Notes: a model not told the origin generated them from the sequence alone. A stretch of 59,149 nt of DNA, filler included, from Porpidia crustulata (GCA_964255105.1; 9 parts of 9 records of this genome joined end to end with filler, not necessarily neighbours in it), one strand, 5' to 3'; positions 1-13,085 are shown, counted from the first letter of the whole stretch. Made by a program: numbers and translations.

Positions 1-642
1 GTTTCTGATATGATTGTATTGAGTTTTGCTGATCAGGGATGTGGGTATGAATGTGGATGTGGATTAGGGGGGTAGGATGTTGTAGTGCCTCGTCTCTGAT
101 ATATGTCAAAACAGCAGCGATGAAAATCTAGAGTTCACTGACTTTTACCCACATATCTCAGGTACTTTCAACCCAACTCGAGCGCTGAATGCAGCGATAA
201 AAATTTTCAATCGATTATATTTCAATTTTAAATAGGATGAATGAAAGATTTTTGACAAGTGGATATTAGCGGCGCATGTCTTTGTGGATTTTGGAAATCT
301 TTATTTAATTGTGCTTTGAGAGAGTTGTTGTTGGTAACGAAAAGAGTTATGTTTTTTATGTTGTCTTTATTGTCCTGGTAGGGTCAAATACTCAAATATA
401 CCTTGGAGCGTTCCATGATCTTGATCACCCTCGATGCCATTATTCTTTCAGCCTCCCAAGACCTTCTAGCTTTCCTTTCAAACATGAATCCTCCCATATT
501 ACGAACGCGTCACGAACACAACGTAACATCTGGTCTTCTCGATAACACGACCTAGAACTTCGACCAGTTTATCAGTACTGCATGGGGAATATCTATCTAC
601 AAGAACGAAGGAGACAAAGCTTTGAGGACCCCACTCGCCGTA

Positions 643-1961
643 TCAGAACGAGTACTTCTTCTTCAGTGGCACATTCTCCTTCTTCACTACTTCGACATCC
701 CGAGGGCCATTGAAGCCAGGCCCAGCCTTGGCTCTGCCCGTGCCTTTTTCTCCCATATGCATATCCCCGTCGCCGGCTGCACGTACATTCTTGCCCAGCT
801 TCCATTGCGCGAACCCGGCAACAAGAGCCTCGGCCTTCCTCTTCCGATCGGCTTCGAGGCGATCATGGGCCACCTGCTTTTGGTACTCGTGGTGGTAGAC
901 CTCAGGCAACGACAGAAGACGCTCGCGGGCCGCTTGGTATTGGTCTCCGAATCTGTGCATCTCGCGGCTGATCATCTCCCATGCCGCGATAAGGAATTCG
1001 ATGCTTTCGTAAATAGCATCGAGTTGCGCGGTAAATTTGCATATGTCGTGCTTTGGGTTGAGCCGACGAAGCTGGAGGAAGGAGTGGTAGATCTGAGCGT
1101 CGTAGAATTCGGCCAAGCCTTCGTAGAGCAGCTTGTCACGCCACCACACTGGTGCAAGGTCCCTATCAAGATTATTAGCTTCGGACAATCTTGCAACTGC
1201 GCAATGGGCTCATTTTACTTCAAGAGGCGGGCGTTCCACACTTTCAGGGTTTGACGTAGCTGGTAAGGATCCATGCCAGGTCTCAGGCGTGGCAAGTGAG
1301 GCTCGACTTCATAAATCATGTCAATGCCGCGATCCAGGCGCTTCCCGAATTCACCGAAGTAATGGGTAACTTGCACAGTAAGGTTGTGTAGTTCCCTCAT
1401 GGCAGTAGGTCCGATCTTAATATCGTTCTTGTTCTTGAAAAGCATGATATTGGTGTGCTTGATCATGTTGAGGATGGTCTTGAGCTCGTCGACAAGTCCA
1501 CTGTTGAAGCCTTTCGTCTCTAAGAGCTTGACGATATAGCTACCGTCCCAATGACTGAGCACTTCAGCTTCGGCAGCGAGGTTTGCGGCGGATTCGCCGG
1601 CAGCTTTTGCAGCAGCTTTGGTGATAGCTTGTGCGGTAGCTCGGGCAGAAACTTCCTGCTCCGTTCTGACACGATCCGCATCCGAGACTTCGACAAACTC
1701 CGCAGAATAAGAAACACCAGGCAAAGGTCGGCCGACTAAGATAGGATTGAAATCGGGGATAGCAGCCTGGATCCTCTGCATAGAAGCGGCGAGTCGAGTA
1801 CGGTTGGAGCCAGCGCGTTGTATAATTCTCTCACGGTCGGGTCTACTATTGTCGTGGCCCCCGCGAATCATGGTGATTTCATCTTCAGATCCGGAATTAT
1901 TGGCACCTTCCCTAAGTCCGCCAACACAAAAATAAGGTCGAGGGCCATCCGCGTTTTTCAT
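643..1961 (-). CDS. Hypothetical protein, two exons (about 420 aa)
   Basis: ORFs 1215..1961 and 643..1188 join in frame through a 56-nt intron at 1163..1218 (GTAAAA...GCTAAT...ATAG), giving ...NARLLK|DLAPVWWRDK.... No recognisable domain. Confidence 0.6.
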
Positions 1962-2996
1962 GGTAAATACAGAGCTCGAGCTCGTGAGCGTGCTCGTCAG
2001 AAACCTAGGGGGACTAATCTTTTGGCCGATGATGAAAGAATCCCAGGTTGGTGGTGACGCTTGACTTTTCCTTGAATGATCAAAATCACAAAGAAGTGCT
2101 CATCCCAAAGGTTGTCAGCGTAGAATTTGATCATAGTGGTATCGGTGTAATGCCAACAGTTGTTGGAATTGGGCCACAGCATTGTTGAACTCCATATTCA
2201 CAGATTCTTTCGTTTAATGATGTAGGGGGTTCGAATGATGGTCCGAGGTGTTGATAGATTGATGCCAGCGATGAAATATCAATTGTGGAAAAGAAGCAGA
2301 GAGACGGTGCAACAGGAAAGGCTGTGATCTTGGATTCTAGATGGCAAATCCACGACAAAAGGAACATTCACAAATACTAAGTTCAACATCAATTCACTCT
2401 CACTGTCAAAAGGCCAAATCTCGTTTTCTAGTACAATATGCACTAATGGATAGGACAATACCTAGAGCAATCTAATTTCGAGTTCTTCTTTGGAATACAC
2501 TGATTCAACGATATAAAAGAGACTGGCTACTTATCAAGGGATTGATATCGGGACTCCTCGAGAGTACCTTATTCTCCATTTCAGTCCATACAACAATTGT
2601 GAGACAATTTTCCACATCATTGACCTGTAGCTGATGGATGTCCGAAGAGGAGTCAACCACAGGAGTATAGTATACTGGACTATACCAGCTTTTCAAAATG
2701 AGGGTGGCGATGCTTGGCAAGTCTCCGAGATGTAGCATGACGCAACAGTCTCTTGGCTTGGAACAAGCTCTGGCTCTCCGCAAGTCGACTAATTGACACG
2801 CCATGAAAAGCGTTCGTGGCAACTTAAAGTAATGCGTTACGGACAAGAACGATTGGTATAAGAAGAGATTGACCTCTTTTGCGAGAAAGGAATGGGACCA
2901 GACCCGCAGGCACTTTGAACCACGGATACCAAGACCGTGGGTAGTGGTAAAGCTATAGTACCTCTGGGAGTTCAGCTAGTCATCGACTGTATCTAC

Positions 2997-4144
2997 TTAT
3001 GAGGCTGCATGCTCTTCCGTGGAGGGTCCGGCAGCTCCTTCTGCTTCCGATACATCGTCGTCCTCATCATTTTCATCGTTGCTAGTCACATCCATGACTC
3101 GTTCACCTGCCTTTTCTAGTGTTCGGCGACTCCAAGCCCGAACGCCCTTGTAAACGCCCTGCCAGCTGTCAATATGGGTTTTTCCAGATTTCATATCTCA
3201 TGACTCACCCACAGGAAGGTACCAACACCGACTAGTACCATGATCCAACTAATGCTGGCTAGGCGATCGCGTCCATTAGCTCCAGCGCGACCATTACTAT
3301 TCAGGATACCAGAGCTCCTCAAATTCCACCATTGCCAGGGAGAAAGAGCGAAGAGAACTTTAACAAAACTTAGCAGTCCGAGTGAGGCAAGGCCTTTCAG
3401 AAAGTGCTCCATCCAAGTTGGGACTTCGTCGTCTGTCAATATCGGTTCAAACTTGGTTCCAAGGTTGGATATTGATGCAGAAGATAGGAACGAGTAAGGG
3501 TCAAGGTAAATGTTGATGATGGGATCCGCGACAAAGCCCATGATGAACATTGTAAAGAAGAGTATCGCGATTGTCAATATTACTTGAGTCGAAGTACTAC
3601 TGATCCGTCTCCCCCAGTTCATCCTTTCCAGTCGATACTGAAAACCACAGGTGGGGCAGTGCCAAAAATTCCGTTTCGCATAACCGGGGTCAGCATGCCG
3701 CCAGGACTGAAGACAGCCTTCGTGGACATATTTCGACGATCCTTTGCATTTGCAGGGTCGAAGTAACCTGCCAGATTCCGGGTCTGCGGAATCGTAGGTT
3801 ACACTTGGGGGAGCCTGAAGTATACCGGGTAGCGCTTCGGAAGGCATGTGGAAGGTAGGCGTGACAGTCTCCAAGCAGATCCGACAGGTCCTAGGAGGCC
3901 AATGCTTCCCTGCCTTGGGAGCAGAATTTGGAGCCGAAGTTGGAATTGGCTTGGGAGCAGTGGGCTCTGGGTGAGGAGGGTTCGATTCGGTCGCACCGTC
4001 CTTGCGTTTTATGGATGCATTGTAGTCGGCACTGAAGCCGCCCGGCATTGACGAGCCTGTTTGGCTGTCAAAGCCAGAAGATGCCATAGGAATGTCATGC
4101 GGCCAGTGCCATTCAGCGCCTGAGCTGAAACCAGTCGAAGCCAT
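2997..4144 (-). CDS. RING-CH (RINGv/MARCH-type) membrane E3 ubiquitin ligase-like protein
   Basis: C4HC3 motif CRICLE...RPCKCKGSSKYVHEGCLQSW...CPTC followed by hydrophobic TM segments. A GTGAGT intron near 3208 links to a last exon GVYKGVRAWSRR with an acidic tail. Confidence 0.85.
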
Positions 4145-4584
4145 TATAAGAATATTGAGGGATAATTGCTTCAGAAACCCCGAATAATATTTCTATCCAG
4201 CTTCAAATTCTAATCTTGTTTGCAGCAAGTGCCCTCTCAACAGAGTAAAATACATGGCCAACAGTAGTCGAGCAGAGCCAGGAAGAGGCAACGTGCTCTT
4301 TATTGAGGAGGCGAGAGAAGGCTGACATTGTTGGTCGGGATCGGCGATAATGACCGCCGTCGCTAGTGCCAATTCGTCTTGGCGTTTGACTCGGCTAAAG
4401 CTGAGTTGACGCGTAGAAGCTCCATGCCTGATGCTCACAATTCTTTCAAAGCTACTACAATGTCCTCCTACCCATGAGAGCTTCTACAATCTGCTCACTA
4501 TCTAGATTAGATATCTTTGGAGGTCAAGAAGCTTCCACCGGATGAACTGTTGCGCTCAAGACCAATCCTAAAGCGACATCCGCC

Positions 4585-5637
4585 ATGGCGGACAGATATT
4601 CCTTCTCTTTGACAACCTTCTCCCCTAGGTGAGAGCTAAGCAGTGCACCAACACTATTATAGATATGTTAACTATTGTTTCAGTGGGAAGCTGGTTCAGA
4701 TAGGTTTGTAACGTCTTATATCCCTCGACCAGAGGTCCATCTAATACCATTCTAGAGTATGCCCTCAACGCCGTGAACCAAGGTGTCACGTCGCTGGGGA
4801 TTAAAGGTAGACCGCCATATCTGATTTGATTGAAGTTGCATTGACATGTCTTCAGCAACAAATGGCATCGTCCTCGCGACCGAAAAGAAATCTTCCTCGC
4901 CTCTCATCGACCCACCCTCGCTTTCCAAAGTCTCCCTCATCACCCCAGATATTGGCATGGTCTACTCCGGCATGGGCCCCGACTACCGAGTCCTTGTTGA
5001 TAAGGCACGCAAAGTATCGCATACAGGCTACAAGCGGATTTACAACGAGTACCCACCTACCCGAATATTAGTGCAAGATGTAGCGCGAGTCATGCAAGAA
5101 GCGACACAGTCCGGTGGTGTCCGACCTTATGGCGTCAGCTTGTTGATTGCTGGGTGGGATGACGGAGTAGAGCCGGAAACGGAAGAATTAAAGGAGGAGG
5201 GTTTGGAGACCGAGGCGGAGAAGAAGAAGGCATCGGGAAAGACGGGCGGGATCCTGAAAGGCGGTCCTAGCCTGTACCAGGTCGATCCGAGCGGCAGCTA
5301 CTTTCCGTGGAAAGCTACGGCCATTGGCAAGAGCGCAACGAGCGCGAAGACGTTCTTGGAGAAGAGATACAAGGACGACTTGGAGCTTGAAGACGCAGTG
5401 CATATCGCGCTGCTGACACTGAAAGAAACCATCGAGGGCGAAATGAACGGGGAGACGGTCGAAATAGGCAAGTCCATCGCCGCTCGACCTATTCCCTCAC
5501 GCTAATTCCAACTACCAGGTATCGTTGGCCCACCAGCAGACCACCTACTCGGCTACGAAGGCGTCGAAGGAGCTCACGGGCCACGGTTCCGAAAGCTGAG
5601 CAAGGAGGAGATAGAAGACTACCTGACCAACTTGTGA
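4585..5637 (+). CDS. PRE8: 20S proteasome subunit alpha-2
   Basis: Exon 1 [14 protein letters not shown]; motifs [58 protein letters not shown]. Four introns, the last GC-AG. Confidence 0.96.
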
Positions 5638-6246
5638 TGCCGCTGCCTACTTTTTCTCCCTAACACAGTAGATATCAACTGTGTCTCCTAGATGATGCGA
5701 TGTAGATCTAACCGGCCATCCACCCTGCGCACGGTCACGTTTGTAGTGTGCGCCACTGCTTCCCGCGAAACGCTCACAGTGAAGCTTTCTACTTGCAGTC
5801 GTGTAATCATGCTCTTTTTCTGATTCTGCCACCAGGAATGTACAAGTATTTCCATCTTGTCCTTTATGTTCTCACCTACAAGTCAATCCCATATTGATAA
5901 TTTCTTATCAAGACCATCTACTATTCTCGAATTCCACTCCTCCCTTCAAAACATTCACCACCTCCGCTCAGCGATCCTAAACAATCATTTCTCCACCAGC
6001 GACCAACGATAACTCCTTTTTCATTTCAAGCACTTCGAGACCGTGTAACCACCAATGCCGTTTTAGATGACTTGATACCAAACATGTCTTTTATTGAAAC
6101 TCCTAAACCAAATGGCTAACAACTCATATCGTCAAAATCGTAAATCACCTCTAATCCACCCAATCCTAGCATACGCCCCCAATAATTCTCCACCTAGCAA
6201 CTCCTCACGCACCTCCCATCTCGCTGGCCGTCTCATAAGCCATCGA

Positions 6247-6494
6247 TTAGTCTTCACTCTCTGCAACATCGTCCATTTCAACATCAGGAAGGTATATATC
6301 CGCTTCATCATCCGAGATCGGGACGCCGCCAGGCCCATCCTCCGGGGATTGGGACTCATGAGCACTTCGTTCCGCTGCTCTAGCTTGTTCCTCTTTCAGA
6401 ATCCTGCTCGCCTCCTCCGCGCCCCGTATCTGCACCTCCGCCACGTTGGTTCCTCCCTCGACCCTGACCACCTCCCTTTCCCCCACCCAAACCC
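6247..6494 (-). CDS. 3' end of an unidentified gene truncated by the contig break (acidic tail)
   Basis: Open frame from the contig edge to a stop at 6247 (…GGVPISDDEADIYLPDVEMDDVAESED*), convergent on PRE8. Confidence 0.4.
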
Positions 6495-6594
6495 NNNNNN
6501 NNNNNNNNNNNNNNNNNNNNNNNNNNNNNNNNNNNNNNTTAATTAATTAANNNNNNNNNNNNNNNNNNNNNNNNNNNNNNNNNNNNNNNNNNNN
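6495..6594. other. Artificial contig spacer
   Basis: 44 N + TTAATTAATTAA (stops in all six frames) + 44 N. Confidence 0.99.
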
Positions 6595-6915
6595 ATACAT
6601 CTACATCACCATCCATTCATCCATTCATCCATTCATTTATTTCATATCTCTAACCCATACAGAAAAAGTTACTATTATACTAGTACTAGTACTAGTCTCT
6701 ATCTATTTTTCTTTTTTTGGCTTGTTGCGGCGAGGGAATTTAGATTGATTTTGGGGGGGGGAAGGTGGTGGTTTGGGTTTGGTTGTTGTGGATGATTGAG
6801 TGAGTGATTCCTAGCTGTTTTACGTGGATTTTATTGGTTTTTTTATTGTGGCTGTTTTGTTGTCTGTTTTGTTGCTTCTCACCTCACACACACACAGATA
6901 GGCACACACACACTC
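6595..6915. repeat. Low-complexity/simple repeats at contig end
   Basis: (CCATTCAT)n at about 6609-6635, (ACTAGT)n at about 6678-6696, poly-G at 6752-6761, (CA)n at about 6885-6913. Confidence 0.7.
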
Positions 6916-7258
6916 CCTCTCCTTACCAACATCCGCACCGCACCGCTCCGTCTCTGACAACGCAAAGCATCGAAAAAAAAATCACCTCTCCTTATTTAGT
7001 AAGTATCGCTCCATCAAAGCCTTGCGTAATATTAGCTAAATTTGACTGTTTCGAAACAAGTAAAAGCCACTACGGGTATAGCGGAACCCCCCCCTCCCCT
7101 TCTCTCTCCTACCTGCAAATCCGCAAACTCCCGGCGCAGCAGGCAGCCATCACAGCACGCTGAAACAGAAAGGGGAAATCTGAAACCGGCAGGGGTGGAA
7201 ACACTGCTATCGCTACAATGCCGGTCGTTAAGTGCAAATGGTACGAGCGCGTCGTCGC

Positions 7259-10200
7259 TCAATCACCCACGATATCATCGTCCTCCTCGTCCCGCGGCGG
7301 CGGCGGCTCCTCGATATCCTCGATATCCTCCGGCGCGCCTCCTTCATCCAACTCCCTTTCCCTGAGATCCTCCTCCCCGCCCTCTTCCGGCGCGCTCGCG
7401 TCCTCCTCCTCCTCCTCGCCGTCTTCTTCTTCCTCGTCCTCCACCACCAGCTCCTGTGTTTTTCCTTTTGCTTTCCCTTTCCCTTTGACCTGGGCCTGGA
7501 TCTTCTGCTTCTTCTTCTTCTTCTTCTTCTTCTTCTTCTCGTCCAAGAACGCAACGACTTCCCTGAAGTTGCCGCCCAGGTTCCCGCGATAGCGGAGCAG
7601 GCGCTCCTTGACCTTCTCCCCGCCGGCCTGGTCGAAGACACGGCCGAGGACGGCGAGGACGAGTTTGCCGGCGAGTTCGCAGAGGGACTTTTCGGCTTGC
7701 AGGACCTCGGCTTTGCGCGCGTCGGAAGCAGGGGAGTCGTCTTCGTCGTCGGAATCTTCGGGGTCGGAAGCAAGCGAGGCCTCGGGGTCTGCGGCTGTTT
7801 CGAGAGGTCTTCGAGATTTCTTTGCGTAGAGTTTCTCGGCTGCTGCGAATGTTTTGAGTAGTACAGATTGCGCTGCGGTGGGGATCGGGTGGACGAGGGA
7901 GTGGATGTCAAGGGTTTGCTTGGGCGAAGGGGTGATGTGTCTGAAGGTCGCGAAGAGGGTGTGCAGATCTAGGTATGTGCCTGTGGCTGCGAGACGAACG
8001 CGATCGGTTGCAGAGCGGGAAGATATGACAGTGATGAGGGTATCGGCGAACGGGGTGTAATCTGGCAGGGAACGGACGAGATCATTGGCTTTGAGAGAGT
8101 TTTGGAGGGAGCTAACGAGCCACATGTAGTAAAACAGGATGGCTTTGATAGCGGAGGCGGTAGCGTCGTCCGCCTCGTCCGAAGAGCCATCTTCGGATTC
8201 GGGAGCACCAAAATCATCAATCAAATTCAAGAGGAGGCTATAGGGACTTGCTGTCCTAGGTGTGCTTGATGTTCTCCCCTTCTTTGAAGAGAGCGCCGGT
8301 TGGGACTCGAGCACGGTAACGCAGTCGGAAACACTAGCGAGGTTGGATATCCGATGCACTGTGTTGGTAAGTTCTATGAGATCCTCCAGAGTTTCAGTGG
8401 CTCTGCGATCTTCGATCTCTCTGAACGTGGCAATCACGTCTTCCCAAAGTGCCGATACCTTTTCTTCTGTGACGTCCTCGAGATCTTCAAAGCTTCGAGC
8501 ATGGAGGAGTGCAGTACTCGCGTCGGCAAGGACACCTTGATCAACATGCGTCACGAACTGCTTGTTGATATCATCCAGTAGAGCAGGATAAGCTGTAGAA
8601 TCTAGGCGGAGTTGCTGGAAGATCTCGAGATTCAGGACGTGCTCTAGCCGTAAGACTGCCGAAGCTGTGGCGGGACTTGCGCCAAACTTTTTGAGTAGTT
8701 GTGGAATCACTTGAACCAAATGAGAAGCAGTTTGTTCCTGTATCTCATGCGATTCCTCCTTCCTGGCCTTGGTGATTTTGCCCTTCTTGTCTTTCTCAGA
8801 GTCGATTGCCTCGGTGATTCTTGATTTCACAGCTACATTTAGCACTTCTAGCAGCAGCACCTCTTCTCTCTCGTGTAACTGACATCGGGTCTTGAATGTC
8901 ATGTCCGTGTCTGTCGCATCTTGTGGTATGCTAGAGTGGTCGTACAGAAGATATCCTGCCAGGACTTCCCAATCTTTGACTTCCTCAACACCCACATAAA
9001 TGGCTAGCGCAGCCAATGAAAACCTCGAGTCGACTCCGAGAGCGTTCAGACTTTCGTTTCGTTCTACTTGGCTGTCCTCGTCCTCTGCATCGTAAGTTCG
9101 CAAAACCTCTACCAGGCATTTCAGTTTTAGCCACGCTATCCGAGGCCTATCATATTCATCTTCAATTTCCTCGCCTAATGCTTCTGCGAGATTCTCTTCA
9201 CCACCAAGATCTTCCACAGTAGATTCGAATAGGTCATTAATATTCTCGGCGAAGAATCCCGCCACAGCCTTTCGCACGCGGGGTTCAGTGTCGAATATAA
9301 GTCGTCCAATGGCATCAATGTCATCCGGTTCTAGAAGTCCAGTCTCCCGTATCAGGTCAAGCAGCTCCACCGTCGCAGCTCTGATGCTAGCTTCAGCGTC
9401 TCTTGTAGCCATCTCGACCAGCCGAGGCCGAAATCGTTCAGTAAAAGCTCGTAATCTGCCGACATCTTCCTTTTTCTTGAAGAGCCTGGTGAGTTGCTTG
9501 ATGACCTCAGCCCTTGTAGGCGCAGACGTGTCCGACAATACCCAGCCCAAATACCTGAGGTATTGGCCCCCAAAAAAGATATCAGGCGCCGTGGCAATCC
9601 AAGTACCAAGCGCTGCGACACAATCGACCCGTATCTTCGGGTCTACATCTCGATAACGATGGACATAGACTGTATCGAACAGATCGGTGAGGATGCTCTC
9701 GGTGGTCGCGCGTTTCCTCTCTCCTTCGCCAACCTTTGCTTGCAATCCTGCAACTCGGTCCTTGTTCACCGTCTTCCTCTTTTGCTCACCTTCCTTTTGT
9801 CTCATGGTTTTGGCAACGTTCTCTGCATTCTCTGTAGCCAAGCCACACAGCGTCGTTCCAATCGCTAGTGAAATCACCGTTGCCGTGTGCCTAAAAGGCC
9901 GGATTGCAGAGGACGACATTGTAGTCACCCAGACCTCGATATTTTCAATCATCGCCAGATCGCTGTACAGAATACCTGCTGCGTGAGCAGTAGATATCAA
10001 GGAGTGAAAGAAGCCTGTCATGGTATGACGGAAGGAACCGTTACCCTTAGCTTTCGATATTAGCGGGTACTCGGTGATTTTGCTGCTCTGGTACTCGTCC
10101 TGCAAGTCTGTGAGCTTGCTGGTGACATTGTCTGGGTCCTCAATGTCGTGCACGTCAACCAGCAGATTGCACCCTGTACACTTCAAGACAAAATTGATCA

Positions 10201-10818
10201 AGTCACACATGGCATTAGTATTATGCTGCTCGTAGCGCGAGATCCAATCTGCCGCGACTGCATCAAGACTGTGTCCTTCCGAGAAGACCTCCGCTGCAAA
10301 CAAGTCAATGTCGCGTAAGCTAACAGGTGGCGAGAGGACCTACAATAGAGACCTGTGCTATCGTCGGCGACAGAGAAATTGGCACGCGCACGGGGCTTCT
10401 TTGGTCTCGGAGGTTTCTTGAAACCATTCGCAGCAGGTCGTACCGCAAGCTTCGTCGTCTTCGCGTGGGTGGTCTTGGGCTTTTTAGCAGCAGGCTTACT
10501 CTGCGCCTTCTTCGCCTTCTGCGGTCTCCTATTCTTCTCTCTCAACTCTTCTTCGTCAGGATCACCATCACTGTCTTCGTGACTGGTCTCTCTGTCCGAG
10601 CCATCGTTGTTGTCTGCCATCTCTTCATCGCGTAGGTCTGTCCGTTTTCTCTTTCCATTTCCATTGGTGATTCGTGACACATTCGGGTCTTCCTGTAAAA
10701 GCACTGGCTTGTGTACTGTTCGCCCTGATCTTCGTCGATCCGTCGCGCCGTTCGCACTGGACGTAGGCTCAGGTGTCGCAGTGCCAGAGCGCTCCATACT
10801 TAAGATCCTGCCAGGCAT
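7259..10818 (-). CDS. SCC3: Cohesin subunit Scc3/Psc3/STAG
   Basis: STAG-domain motifs MSSSAIRPFRHTAT, VYVHRYRDVDPKIR, YLRYLGWVLSD, FTERFRPRLVEMA. A basic N-terminal exon joins through one intron (about 10295-10345). Acidic C-terminus. Confidence 0.93.
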
Positions 10819-11469
10819 CTAGATCTTAAAGCGATCAACTGTGAAATATGTAACTCGCAGAGAAATTGACTAATGGTAAAGGCGCGTACTTATTGAATGC
10901 TGTGTCGCCCCCTTCGACGCGAAATTATCCAAGGGCCGAAAGATCTAGTGGGACGCTAGTACAATGATCATCGCATCTGCAACACCTCATGTCTGTGTTC
11001 ATAAATGATGGCATCTATCTCAAGGATCTCGACCACCGCACATACTTAGAATGCTAACGCATGAAATTTGCAAGCAGAGTGTCACGTTGAGAATATTCTT
11101 AGCAGTATTGAGCAACGTTGTGACTTTGGTGTTAGATGTCTAAATATTTAGGGCGTGAGATAGTCCTCCTATCTCCTCTATTGAAGTGATTTTTCAATCG
11201 GGGAGATGTACATTGAAGGAAGTTGTTGAGACCTGTTATGCACTTCCGCGAATTTGCTACCCTACCATTCCTCCAGCAATCACGGAATTCTCTATTATTA
11301 TCTGACCCAGAGATCCTCGGGACTCAAGTCAGAGCAAGTCTTCAAGCCTGACCACTTTCATTCGGTCTTGTAGAATCTGAGAACATTGACGTCAAAATCT
11401 TTGGCGTCATTCCAATTATCCCTAGCCGTAAGACAGGCCATATCCTCGACCAGCAACGCTGGACATACT

Positions 11470-12531
11470 TCACCTTAAACACATCAATCCCCCCTCCCCA
11501 AATTCCCTTAGCACACTCCCTTCCTCCCTTAGCATCGCCTCCAGCCAAACCTTTGCCCCTTCGACATCTCTAGCCCCAAATTTCACTACCGTGCACCCTC
11601 TAACACTGGCCGCCGTCCAGATCAAGCTACCCATCGCTTCGCGCTGTAGTCTTCCTTCTCTCCACTTCTCCGACTCTGTCAGCTCCTTCGCTATCTCTCC
11701 ATCTGGGCCCCAGTTTCTCGCGCCAATCCGCGGTAAGAGCTTGAACTCCGTGAGGAAGAATTGCGCAAGGCGCTCGAAGAGAGGTCCGTGGAGAATCACA
11801 GTAGCAAAGATGCCCATGTTGTCCATCCGTCCTCTGATGTCCTCGCCTTGCAAGATTATATTGTCCCGTACAAGCAATCTCTTTTCGGTTTGGCCTTCGT
11901 GCACCCACGTGTTCCATATCTCGTTCCTACCCTTCAATGCCGTGAAAGCCCAACTCTCCCCCCTCGCTTTTCTTCCCTCGCTGATCCAATCCACGAATCC
12001 AATACTACCGCTGGAGGCGACATGAAAGATTTGTTTCTGAGCATAGCGCGAGCCCGCGAAGGGCGTCGTAGGCTCTGGACCTAGCCAGAGAGCAGCATTA
12101 GCACCAATGGTGACGTTGATGGTTTGACGACTTAGAGTCAAGGCGGAGGATGGATTAGAGTGTAGTAGAGATTGAGGGACGGCTTTGAAGATCTTCGTGC
12201 TGCCTTGAGTGGCGATAGCGAGGCGTGTGGATGGATCCAGTCTTATAGAGAGAGAAATTGTGTCTCCAGCAACGATACCACCGCCGTACGTAAGGAGGAA
12301 AAGTAACGGGACCGTGGTTGGGATGATGTTTCTCGTAGAATTTTCGAGAACTTGGGTATCGTCCCCTTGGATTTTGGAAGATGGTCGTAGGAGATGAGGG
12401 TCTGAGGGAAGGAGTTTGAGGGGGTAGCTGTAAGTCAAGGTTGAGAAAGTGGGGTTGGCGAGGGGTAGCATCGAGAGGTGAATCTCGCCGTGGCCTGGAG
12501 GAAGAGAGACCGTCGAAAAAGGAGTGGGCAT
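11470..12531 (-). CDS. ureD: Urease accessory protein UreD
   Basis: YSYPLKL, LLTYGGGIVAGD, TQGSTKIFK, PEPTTPFAGSRYAQKQ, DWISEGRKARGESW. Confidence 0.92.
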   Translation of the reverse strand: MPTPFSTVSLPPGHGEIHLSMLPLANPTFSTLTYSYPLKLLPSDPHLLRPSSKIQGDDTQVLENSTRNIIPTTVPLLFLLTYGGGIVAGDTISLSIRLDPSTRLAIATQGSTKIFKAVPQSLLHSNPSSALTLSRQTINVTIGANAALWLGPEPTTPFAGSRYAQKQIFHVASSGSIGFVDWISEGRKARGESWAFTALKGRNEIWNTWVHEGQTEKRLLVRDNIILQGEDIRGRMDNMGIFATVILHGPLFERLAQFFLTEFKLLPRIGARNWGPDGEIAKELTESEKWREGRLQREAMGSLIWTAASVRGCTVVKFGARDVEGAKVWLEAMLREEGSVLREFGEGGLMCLR

Positions 12532-13085
12532 TGCGACTCAGACATAGCGAAGATTGATCAAACTGACTCCTGTATTGTACGCCCAATGGTACTAGCTATA
12601 GTGGTGACAACAAGATTCTGTAACATAGGCACATAGGGTGATGGGTCAGATAACTGTTTACCGAATACTCGCTAGCTCGGTATTGAGTATTGGCTAGTTT
12701 GGCGCTATAGTAACACCTATCAGAAAGCCTTAGAAGTTGGATATGTTTTGACGGATTCTTGCCAGTTAGAAGGATTGAAAGAAGAATATGATCAAATGAG
12801 AAAAACCGAACTCGATCCTAATGGGATTAATAGTGGTGACCTGACACTAAACAGCTCATTTTGTAGGAATGGACTTACTCTAATGTATCATTAGCCAGCT
12901 GCTTTTAACGAGCTATGTATACTCACTCGTCCCCTCCACGAAGTATCACGGTACTTTGATGTATTTACACAGTAATCATACCCACCGAGGCACACCCACA
13001 AACCCTCCTGCGATTTGCCCCATAGCTTCCAGCCCTTCTTTGCCATTATGCCAAAGAACGCACTCCTGTAGGATACCTCCATCCC

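Noticed and set aside
2000..2900. Short minus-strand ORFs including a TPR-like fragment (SLASIYQHLG)
   Set aside because: A single short match with no repeat or supporting frame; could be chance.
6539..6550. TTAATTAATTAA palindrome recurring every ~6.59 kb, resembling a regularly spaced repeat or element boundary
   Set aside because: It is always centred in 44+44 Ns and is a synthetic six-frame-stop linker. The periodicity reflects size-sorted contigs.
7218..7911. Several long overlapping ORFs (poly-S, poly-F, poly-L, poly-R)
   Set aside because: They are shadow frames of the low-complexity GC-rich 3' end of SCC3.
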